A DNA stretch of 64,000 nucleotides from a virus. This document shows, one piece after another, positions 44,901 through 51,176 of the stretch. The notes beneath the pieces were generated by a model. It had not been told where the DNA came from. It did not search any database and saw only the letters and a list, made by a program, of their open reading frames with translations. The DNA lies in the IMG/VR virus record IMGVR_UViG_3300030497_000001. One strand, written 5' to 3'. The position numbers and the translations under genes were made by a program. The stretch's first letter is position 1. Each line of letters begins with the position of its first letter.

Positions 44901-47900
44901 TGACCGATTACAGCTTCAATAGCCCAACCGATTGCACCGATAGCAAGACCGAATGCACCCATTGATAATACAGCTTTACCAAAGCTTAAACCGAATGATA
45001 GAACTGATTTACCTGCATTCATGAATGCTCCACCAACAGTTGTTGTTGCAGTACCAGTATTCTGCATACCGCTACGCATTCTATCCATTACTGTGATAGT
45101 AGCATTACCATCTCTTTGTACGCTTGTGAAACCTTCTTTAAACTTGCTAAAGAACCCACCGACAGCAGTTTGAATACCACCGAATTTACCCATTTGGGTC
45201 ATGATTGCACCGATAGCAACACCAACTAGAGCTAGACCTCCACCTGCATTAGCAATCTGTGTGATAACGTTTAATACCGCACCTAAACCTTGTGCTACAG
45301 CAATGATACCGTCAGACACGAATGCCTTACCGAATGCTACAGACATAGTTGTGAATGAGTTTTTCGTTTGATTGATTTTAGCTTCCATAGACTGCATATA
45401 CTTCTCGTTCTCACGCATTGCACTACCTTGTGAGTTATATGCTGTTACAGTTGCTTTAATCGCTGTTGGGTAGTTATTCATTAGGGCTAAGAAACGTGTT
45501 AAGTGGTTTCGTCCTGCTAATGTAACTGCTGTGTTCTGTCTTTGTTGAGCTGTTAAGCCACCCCAATTTGCACCTAAGTCATTTAGGATATCGCCAACAG
45601 GTCTTAGCTCTTTACCATTTTCACCCATGTCATACATTGCAACACCAACACTTTTCAGTGTTCCTTCCGATGCTTGTAAACCTGTGATACGTGAGTAAAT
45701 AGCCTTTAATGAGTTACCGATAATGTTACCAGATTCCATTGTTACCGCACCGATTGCAGTTGTATGTCCAATAGTTTCTTCCAAGCTAACTCCATATGTT
45801 TTTGCAGTAGATGCAGATTTTTGTAAACTTGTTGCTAACTGTTGCGTACTGATAGCGTAATCATTATCTACTTGGTTTAATTTATCTACGATACCGATAG
45901 AATCTTCTGCTTCAATATTGAATGCGTTCATTGTACCTACTAGAGATGCTTGTGCATCTTGTACTTTTAGGTCTGATACGTTTGACATTACTGTAGCTGT
46001 CTTAGTGATAGCTGTTAACTGTCTTTCATTGAAGTCACCGAATGTACGTGAGAACTCTTCCATACCGTTTAGGATATCATGAATATTGTTACCTAATTCT
46101 TTTGACAATCCTACTGCGTTTCCAAACATGATATCTGTGTTAAGACTTGCATCTGCAACTCTTCGAATGTTTGTCATAGCTTTGTCTACTTCTAGAATCT
46201 CTCTAGTCATAGCTTGTAAGCCTTGAATTGGAGCAGTCATCATAGCTTGACTTAGCATCCACATTGGAGCTGATGACATCATGCTACGTAGTTTTTCCCA
46301 TGCACCTAAGTTACGGTTAACGTTACGAACCATTTCGTCAGAAGCCTGTCTAACAACGTTAGTTCCTTGTGTAAATGATAGATTCATACGTCTTACGTGT
46401 TCACCTGTACCTGCAAATGTAACTTGAACGTTTTTCATTCTGTTACCCATTGCATCTACGCCATCTCTAGCGAATGATACAGAAGCTACTTTAGCACCTT
46501 CTACAGCACTAACATAACTTTTAATACTTGCAATCGTATTTGCATCTGGTGCTCCACCGCTAAATAACTTTTGGTTCATTTGTTTAATCTTGTCTGCACC
46601 ACCGTATTTGTCAGAAATATCTTCACCTAAACGAAGGTTTCTTTCTGCATTACGGATTTGTTGTTTCTTGTCTGTTAGCATTCTTTGGTATTGAGCTAAC
46701 GCACGTTCTACCTCTACAGCACTAGTATTTACATTTTTAGCGTAATTCTTTAGTGATGCATCAATGCCAGTAACATCCATTCCTCTGTCTTTCATTTGAC
46801 GTTGAACGGCTTTTAAACTCTCAATTAATCTTTGAGACTTAGCTTGCTCTGCATCCATCCAAGCATTAGTTTTCGCTTCACCAATTCTATTTCTAACAAT
46901 AGCTAATTGAGAATAAGCTTTATTCATATCATTGATTGTTGCAATGTTACGAACCATTGCCATTGTCTCATCAACGAATGCCTTTTTCGCTTGACCGTTT
47001 GGATTATTTGCAGGAGTTTGTTGTTGAAGTTTTCTTAACTCACGCTCTAATTGTAAACGTTGTTTAGTAACTTCTTGCGATGCTTTCATATCAGCATTGC
47101 CTTTTCTAACGTTTTCATTATATACTTGAACTTCTCTAGCAAGTTGTCTATAATGATTTGCCAAATCTGCAACAGCCTTACCATCTCTATCTGTGCCGTT
47201 TTTCGCCATAGATTCAAGACCTTTAAGTTGAGCATTGTTAACATCTTTAGCTCTAGCTTTACCGATGTCATTTAACAACTTAGCTTGTTGAGCTGTTAAC
47301 TTGTTTGTTTGAGAGATTTGTTGTTGTAATTGTTGTTCTGCTCTTACAGCTTCTTGAAGACCTTTAACCATGTCTCTAGTTAAGCTATCTCCTTTGCCTT
47401 TTAACGCATCGAATTGAGAAAGCAGTCCAATCTTGCCATCTGTGTTTTTAAGTTGGTTAATAGAGCCTTTAAGCTTGTTTAAAGAAGCTTCTGCTTGTGC
47501 CAGACTCTTTTGAGTGTCTGTAATAGTTTGTCTATCAATGATTTGAAACTTCTTGCTACCTGCATTCCAGTCATATCTAAGTTTCTCAACAACACCATTT
47601 GCACGTTGTAGTTCTGCAACGAAACCTTTTAGATTTCCTTGTGCATCTTTAAATTGAGTTGTTTTAAAGATACCGCCACCATCGTTAAATTTAGAACGAA
47701 GGACTCTCTCTGCATCTTCCATTTGCTTCAAATATTGTTTGATATTATTGAAGTTGCCTACAGGTGCAGAAGTAGGAACGCTCTGCTTCTGTGCAGAAGA
47801 TGCAATCTTACTTGCTTGTTGCTGTGCTTGCTTAGTTTGTTGCACATATTTTTTATTCATATCGTTGAAAGCTTTATACATATCCTGTATTTGCTTTGTA

Positions 47901-48148
47901 GTGCCTTTTGTATCAAGCTCTACTTTCAACTTCATTGGTTTGTTTTTTACTAAATTATTGATACTAGTAATCTGCTTGTTGATATCTTTTGTATCTAGTT
48001 TAACTTTAAGTTTTACTGGATTACCTGCTAACATCTTGCTAATAGCATTTACCTGTGAAGGCAACTTACTACCTTTTGCATCAAGCTCTACCTTTAACTT
48101 CACCACTTGGGCTTTCAGTATCATATTTAAATCGTTACTACCTGCCAA
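38975..48148 (-). CDS. tail tape measure protein (3057 aa) with C-terminal Pro-rich linker + SH3b-like domain
   Basis: TP901-type TMP core (..MTNIRRVADAS.., hydrophobic Gly/Ala-rich TM-like segments), long coiled coils and repeat arrays. TTG start 7 nt after GGGGTGA. Confidence 0.9.
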   Translation of the reverse strand: MAGSNDLNMILKAQVVKLKVELDAKGSKLPSQVNAISKMLAGNPVKLKVKLDTKDINKQITSINNLVKNKPMKLKVELDTKGTTKQIQDMYKAFNDMNKKYVQQTKQAQQQASKIASSAQKQSVPTSAPVGNFNNIKQYLKQMEDAERVLRSKFNDGGGIFKTTQFKDAQGNLKGFVAELQRANGVVEKLRYDWNAGSKKFQIIDRQTITDTQKSLAQAEASLNKLKGSINQLKNTDGKIGLLSQFDALKGKGDSLTRDMVKGLQEAVRAEQQLQQQISQTNKLTAQQAKLLNDIGKARAKDVNNAQLKGLESMAKNGTDRDGKAVADLANHYRQLAREVQVYNENVRKGNADMKASQEVTKQRLQLERELRKLQQQTPANNPNGQAKKAFVDETMAMVRNIATINDMNKAYSQLAIVRNRIGEAKTNAWMDAEQAKSQRLIESLKAVQRQMKDRGMDVTGIDASLKNYAKNVNTSAVEVERALAQYQRMLTDKKQQIRNAERNLRLGEDISDKYGGADKIKQMNQKLFSGGAPDANTIASIKSYVSAVEGAKVASVSFARDGVDAMGNRMKNVQVTFAGTGEHVRRMNLSFTQGTNVVRQASDEMVRNVNRNLGAWEKLRSMMSSAPMWMLSQAMMTAPIQGLQAMTREILEVDKAMTNIRRVADASLNTDIMFGNAVGLSKELGNNIHDILNGMEEFSRTFGDFNERQLTAITKTATVMSNVSDLKVQDAQASLVGTMNAFNIEAEDSIGIVDKLNQVDNDYAISTQQLATSLQKSASTAKTYGVSLEETIGHTTAIGAVTMESGNIIGNSLKAIYSRITGLQASEGTLKSVGVAMYDMGENGKELRPVGDILNDLGANWGGLTAQQRQNTAVTLAGRNHLTRFLALMNNYPTAIKATVTAYNSQGSAMRENEKYMQSMEAKINQTKNSFTTMSVAFGKAFVSDGIIAVAQGLGAVLNVITQIANAGGGLALVGVAIGAIMTQMGKFGGIQTAVGGFFSKFKEGFTSVQRDGNATITVMDRMRSGMQNTGTATTTVGGAFMNAGKSVLSFGLSFGKAVLSMGAFGLAIGAIGWAIEAVIGHFSKLKAEQEAVDRATQKMVDGYRKNMDTVGGLVEKYDAMSKAFASGAIQKGTQEYDQFLIVQSKLAEILPTSVKFIDANGQAWLKNTDEVKKALQMSKELSEAKAREQVAMKDQNLDKATEDIGKLIEAEEKLLQKRKEAEEFRNRPTASQSREEREEAYKKKILDLDVKELQNASKRQEAFQKINHTLTEQARATLEASGAMAKLGDGAQKAVDNFMKVNTNSLNEKIASGAIKGADNIKKAMDNIVKGGAGVGELFAKEFDRMTAGIDTSTNKGKQKVEELKQAIGKIGSTVPERFMNIENFGGSIDKMQSKLKELLALGMEIQQNGSQGWDGYVAYAEKLGMSANEAKDFVQQLAMASENQALKARAGEEANAGYADAVGEGADATGKSADAINKQADAQGKANQKMVEAIDLQKTLYGYKNEEVSAIKGHLESLKMSQLMYGENATKTEQWGKSVTELSNRFGVSRGEIEQNIDKYYKLADTMGQVKTKIDENGKVVVDYGSMTKDQIATFEAWVGKMRESGEATDIFSGKVDSNKFKFDEFGNKLDDTGNKAKTFIDKVQNSLGKEINMSPTIENLNKIKEGFAKTTEESIKGAQGIETNGMRIGNSGTYMNPLMTTFNQLQQSAKLSGDNMSLTAGQYEQGGMRIGLAGSLADPFGLKIGEVSQKTGETAQKVGESAGSIEQSAGRIGNAGGNMSPVKDQADQVGQKFDEAKGKANESAGGISQATSTIGNAGNNLAPLKENLNQVGTTMGETKTQVETQVGGINTAFGQLGQGMQTGFMSPFKTQAQLFQEQVAGMATQSGQSAQKIGQDVTSIGNAKNALDQYKLAQDAVVQSMGSMGGKAQETATAMQNAGTAIANTVSGFDSFIAKQGELQNAMGNTVGKAGEVGNAISTLSNNFGSGVSGAESFGVALFTISNASGTASQAMQQLGNSASLSAVGMNQASDASRASADASSANANAKSNEANASNTSAQASSANANAKQAEANAIMQAINATQQMSQAYGSMAQSAISSISSIIQAIQTYLQAVLSLGTGTMAIANVVRGAFSAMAGAVASSTGAMNSAHNSQASALNKVKDSANQAKSAVQGLNSTIAGAMSSLNNYIAKAQQASSVQVKAPTLPALPTGASWNMSTINNITGLQGGEVASAVASAAGAFSASSGDSGTAGGGSGTSGRLIPSIYSGLDSYGRMGVFTALGSYDDSFAENDRTDPNRRKKGYVQTEDGSWVKESFYSDTKVKSSADDSDKLADAMPWNSWQRSMSELDVTIKWMETKMKNMNKYTAEYRKMMNDVYQVEIKRWELLNHDLWDKERRNEQIKRELEGLKNINAHTKEQRDQYNKLMQEYESNLSSIQSMRAEWQDFLDNWENRYAEILKAHVEAIVEQYTKGLEEIKAKVDDIDFAIEVAKLVDPDNMTKMMNLYIDKANQLKQERAKLENQQRDLMLKLYEAEDRFGKDSQVAKDIRAEVDKVKEAWEDSTLAVLQAEKEIKDTRASVADDGIGQLKDYYGKMKDMALDAIEKEQNNLQKAHDEKMKLYDKEIDKINKVYDAKFKEMDKEKENEDYQKGLDEKNAKRSELQNKISILSRDNSLEGKKKLAELKKELADVDKELAEYQKERQRELMKQALEDQKQAQLDEIENKKKTEQEELDGKIGDLDKQKEDVTKQYDDLLNNDKYWADMRNQFIEGSFKKLADELAKMKQNIDNMNKGIFDGLSSGFGGFSDETKKQVAEANGLVVDNMDFNSKEPMNNVDELLKAKGYQTFENEVLRPDDPARPMKPAPEPPPPTKPQPPTPQPQMPTKGNVTGVTADSYLNIRNAPNLQGGVVRRILNGANVQILGEDGDWWKVKFSNNRGTTTGYANKKYIKAFDTGGYTGDNVPNEGALALLHKKELVLNKNQTSDILDAVKIMEKVKDVIPALSGNSISSKLATAGSIVNVSYGDINVTVEGGDKKKADAIAGEIMKGMKKKGR
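42400..43100 (-). repeat. array of about 5 degenerate ~40-aa repeats inside the TMP (x-IGNAG-x-N-x-x-P-x-K...Q-x-G)
   Basis: RIGNSGTYMNPL, RIGLAGSLADPF, RIGNAGGNMSPVK, TIGNAGNNLAPLK, SIGNAKNALDQYK. Boundaries are approximate. Confidence 0.6.
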
Positions 48149-48171
48149 ATTGTTTCACCCCTTGTTATTCT

Positions 48172-48224
48172 AGAGGATGCTGTAACATCCTAATCAGAAG
48201 ATTAAGATGTTACTCTTAATCTTC
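48172..48224. repeat. cluster of three overlapping inverted repeats including a 28-bp 11-6-11 palindrome
   Basis: IR1: GAAGATTAAGA-TGTTAC-TCTTAATCTTC (48197-48224). IR2: GTAACATCCTAATC / GATTAAGATGTTAC (48182-48195 / 48200-48213). IR3: AGGATG / CATCCT (48174-48179 / 48186-48191). Confidence 0.9.
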
Positions 48225-49202
48225 CTAATATAAATCGTCATCATCGTCATCGTCATCACGAACGACATATATCTCTGTTGTTGAAACATCGTTGTGTCCC
48301 AACATTTCTTGTACCTTTTTGATATCTATACCTTCCTCAACAACTGCTATAGTTGCTCTACTTGAACGTAATAAGTGAGGATGGATTTTCTTGCCGATGA
48401 TTTCACCGAACTCTTCACACCATAGATTGAAAGCGTTTCCGCTAATCTGTCTATATCCATCTTTTGTTTTACTAACAAATAGATATGGACAATCATCTTC
48501 GCCACGTACTTCTATCCACTTTCTAAGTGCATCCATTACTTCTTGACTAAATTTGAATTTACGAACTTTTCCTTCTATGCCTTTACCTTTTGCTCTAATA
48601 GCATGAGTTTGGTAATATTCTTTCTGGATGCCTTTCTTATTAACAAATTTATCGTAAGTTACAACTTCTTTTAATAATTGTCTTGACTCTTCCCTACGAC
48701 ATCCTGTACCATATGTATATAAGAGATAAGCTAGTTTCTGCCATTCCTCTTTTTTCTTCAAAGTCTTGATGAGCTTTTCAAGCTCAATCTTCGTAATTGG
48801 ATTCTTCTCTTTTTTCTTCACATTTGCCACGTTAGGAACTGCCTTATTGAAAATGTTTTTTAATTTTGGATATTCTTCACCATAATATAATTCTATGAAA
48901 TTGTATAAAGAACTAACAGATGAACGCTTGAATTTAATAGCAGAACTACTCAACCCTAATTTTATTAGGTCGTTCTGATAATCTAATCCATCACGTATCT
49001 TTAAATCTGTGATTCTCTTTCTACCTCTATATTTATCATGTGCCCATTTGCAAAAGATACGTAGAGATGATTTGTATTGTTTTAGAGTTGCAGGACTTAG
49101 ATGACCCTGTTTAAGAAAGCTTTCAACTATCTCTCTATCATCTATGTCAAATTCATTATCCCAAAACTCATCTGTAACTTCTTGTATTTTTTTGTATGCC
49201 AT
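48225..49202 (-). CDS. tyrosine recombinase (XerC/D / phage integrase family) with poly-Asp C-terminal tail
   Basis: Catalytic pattern: R in GTGCRREE, K in IRAKGKG, HPHLLRSSRAT (H-x-x-R), LGHNDVSTTEIY (H/W...Y). N-terminal SAM-like core-binding domain. Ends RDDDDDDDDLY. ATG at 49202 is preferred over the GTG at 49211. Confidence 0.85.
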   Translation of the reverse strand: MAYKKIQEVTDEFWDNEFDIDDREIVESFLKQGHLSPATLKQYKSSLRIFCKWAHDKYRGRKRITDLKIRDGLDYQNDLIKLGLSSSAIKFKRSSVSSLYNFIELYYGEEYPKLKNIFNKAVPNVANVKKKEKNPITKIELEKLIKTLKKKEEWQKLAYLLYTYGTGCRREESRQLLKEVVTYDKFVNKKGIQKEYYQTHAIRAKGKGIEGKVRKFKFSQEVMDALRKWIEVRGEDDCPYLFVSKTKDGYRQISGNAFNLWCEEFGEIIGKKIHPHLLRSSRATIAVVEEGIDIKKVQEMLGHNDVSTTEIYVVRDDDDDDDDLY

Positions 49203-49217
49203 ATATTTCACCTACTT

Positions 49218-49700
49218 CTATTTATAAGCTTGACCGCTCCATTGGATATCTAAGAATACTTTTTTATTTCTAACGTTGTTGTACTCTGATTGAACTTGAC
49301 CTAGATAGTCGAATCCACCTTTGTATGTAAAATTTGGAACTACTCCAATTCTGTTTTCCAATTTCTTAGAGTGCCAACCGCTACTAATAAGCATGATTGA
49401 GTGACCTTTTGGCTGTCCTTTGCCAAATACTGAATCATGATACATTAGACCGTTTTCGAATGTAAGTTCGATTGTATAAGTATTCACACCAACTTTTCTT
49501 ACTGGTTTAAGCTTTATACCCTTTTCTGAACGTCCAGTACGAACGTACATTTGAGGTTGATAGCTACCCAAGTATCTTCTCCATACTTTGAGTGCTATCG
49601 CTTTTAATTTTTTTCCCTCTGCATTTAAGACTCTAATAGCTTCCGCTTCTGTCTCAAAGTAAAAACCATTACTCTTGCTCTGTGATTGCTTCTTCGCCAT
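49218..49700 (-). CDS. basic protein of unknown function (possible chaperone T-like extension or independent tail protein)
   Basis: ORF overlaps the 3' end of the chaperone gene by 32 nt, in the +1 frame. Its ATG is immediately preceded in frame by TAG. Confidence 0.55.
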   Translation of the reverse strand: MAKKQSQSKSNGFYFETEAEAIRVLNAEGKKLKAIALKVWRRYLGSYQPQMYVRTGRSEKGIKLKPVRKVGVNTYTIELTFENGLMYHDSVFGKGQPKGHSIMLISSGWHSKKLENRIGVVPNFTYKGGFDYLGQVQSEYNNVRNKKVFLDIQWSGQAYK

Positions 49701-50190
49701 CTATAAACATCTTCTTAACTACTTCGTTCTCTAGCTGTTCTGCAACTAGGTCTGCTTCGGCTTGTGCGATTTCCATCTTTTCAGTCATTTCGTTAAGCAC
49801 ATTTCTCAATTTGTCATATGTCTGAATAACTTCTTTTTCTGGAAGTTCATTTAAGACCGCTTCGAAAATTCCAAGGTCGATTAAAGAATGTAGATGTGCG
49901 ATAGCATCATCGAAATCATCTGGAATCTCTAAGTCTGTGAAATGCTTGATTAATAGTAAAGACGTATAAGGCGTAGCAAGTTCTAGTAATTCAATACGTT
50001 TACCGCCCTCTTGGAAGAATGCAATCATATCATCTAAAACTTTACCTTGTTTAGAAGTACGGAACACCTCATCAATTTTCACTTCGTAGACATCATCACC
50101 AATTGAAACATATGCTTCGAATTGCTTATTTAATTTTTCATCCTGTTTTTTCAACTCATCAAGAGTTAATTTTTTAATATCCTTAGTCAC
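49669..50190 (-). CDS. tail assembly chaperone (gpG-like)
   Basis: Acidic 173-aa protein encoded between the major tail gene and the TMP. GTG start 8 nt after AAGGAG. Confidence 0.55.
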   Translation of the reverse strand: MTKDIKKLTLDELKKQDEKLNKQFEAYVSIGDDVYEVKIDEVFRTSKQGKVLDDMIAFFQEGGKRIELLELATPYTSLLLIKHFTDLEIPDDFDDAIAHLHSLIDLGIFEAVLNELPEKEVIQTYDKLRNVLNEMTEKMEIAQAEADLVAEQLENEVVKKMFIDGEEAITEQE

Positions 50191-50260
50191 TATAAAAACT
50201 CCTTTTATACCATTATTTTTAGCACTTGTCGTAAAAATACCAGACTTGTGCTACATTATC

Positions 50261-50289
50261 ATTATAACATATACTTGATAAAACTTCAA
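50261..50289 (-). promoter_or_regulatory. sigma-A-type promoter (TTGAAG-N17-TATAAT, extended TG)
   Basis: Minus-strand TTGAAG at 50289-50284 and TATAAT at 50266-50261, preceded by TGT. Confidence 0.5.
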
Positions 50290-50308
50290 TTTTATACATT
50301 ACGATTAT

Positions 50309-50346
50309 CCAAAAAAAATAGGGCAGAGAATCATGTTCTCTACCCT
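50309..50346 (-). terminator. strong rho-independent terminator after the major tail gene
   Basis: Minus-strand AGGGTAGAGAA-CATGA-TTCTCTGCCCT (11 bp, one G-U) followed by ATTTTTTTT. Confidence 0.8.
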
Positions 50347-50365
50347 TAATTTTTTATTGTTTAAA

Positions 50366-51130
50366 TTATAGACGAATGATGTCGTATAATTTGTTTGTTC
50401 CTGCTTCTACTAGGATATCTAGAGTGAAGTCGAACGTAGATACGTTTTCAGCATCCATTGTTAGTGAGAAGTTAGATTGTAATTTCGCTTTTGGAATTAC
50501 GAATTGCATCTTACGGTCAACACCGTCTTCTCCACGAACGATTGTATCTCCAACTACTTTGTATGTAGCAGGGAATGCAGAACCGTTGAAAGTTACTTGT
50601 GTAGCATCTTGTGCTGTAACTGTGTACTCATAGAATACCATGATTTGTTCGTTTTCTGCTACATCTCCACCAGTTGCGATTTTTAAAGTTTTCTTGTCAG
50701 TGCCATCTTGTGTAACACCTGTTACTTCTTGACCCATAACACCTTTGTCTACTTTGTAAACTGCTACAGTGTTCATAGCTAATGGTTCTTCTTTAAGAGT
50801 AACTTTAACTCCTGCTGTTGCATCTTTAACTGCTGTTAATACTTCACGTCCTACTGCTTTGATACCTGTAGTTTTTACTGTAGTACCTGCTAGTAAGCTT
50901 AAAGAAATATCAGATAGTAAAGCATCTTGCATTGTTAATGTAGCTTTACGTCCGAAGTCCCAAGATAATAGACGACCATTACCTTGTCCACCTGTTGCTT
51001 CTGCACTGTCACTTTCGTTCTCAATTGTTGATACTTTTAATGTATCAAAGAATAATACTGGTTTGTTAGTTGCAACATCGAAAAAGATAACGTTTGCAAC
51101 CTCTTTCATACCATAACGCTTGTTTGCCAT
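50366..51130 (-). CDS. major tail (tube) protein
   Basis: 254-aa beta-rich protein with an AGGAGG RBS. Positioned before the chaperone gene and followed by a strong terminator. Confidence 0.65.
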   Translation of the reverse strand: MANKRYGMKEVANVIFFDVATNKPVLFFDTLKVSTIENESDSAEATGGQGNGRLLSWDFGRKATLTMQDALLSDISLSLLAGTTVKTTGIKAVGREVLTAVKDATAGVKVTLKEEPLAMNTVAVYKVDKGVMGQEVTGVTQDGTDKKTLKIATGGDVAENEQIMVFYEYTVTAQDATQVTFNGSAFPATYKVVGDTIVRGEDGVDRKMQFVIPKAKLQSNFSLTMDAENVSTFDFTLDILVEAGTNKLYDIIRL

Positions 51131-51176
51131 TATAATTTCCTCCTAATAATTTAAAAAAGTTTATGTATCAAGCAGT

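Noticed and set aside
39497-47953. Numerous + strand ORFs (60-144 aa) inside the tape measure gene, for example 41898-42110, 42138-42455, 43959-44270 and 47739-48173.
   Set aside because: They are antisense shadow ORFs of a long, compositionally biased (Ala/Gly/Lys/Glu-rich) minus-strand gene. They have no RBSs, low-complexity translations, and are fully contained in a much better-supported CDS.
48225-49202. Interpreting the recombinase as proof of a temperate lifestyle (a classical integrase with attP).
   Set aside because: No repressor, Cro or excisionase module is adjacent, and the gene sits in the late tail operon. Integration cannot be excluded, but the context fits a Cre- or Xer-like role at least as well, so no attP or prophage call was made.
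49669-49700. Canonical -1 programmed frameshift (G/GT) at the chaperone 3' end.
   Set aside because: The downstream ORF is in the +1 frame. There is no XXXYYYZ slippery heptamer in the overlap, and no ORF of 60 aa or more in the -1 frame.
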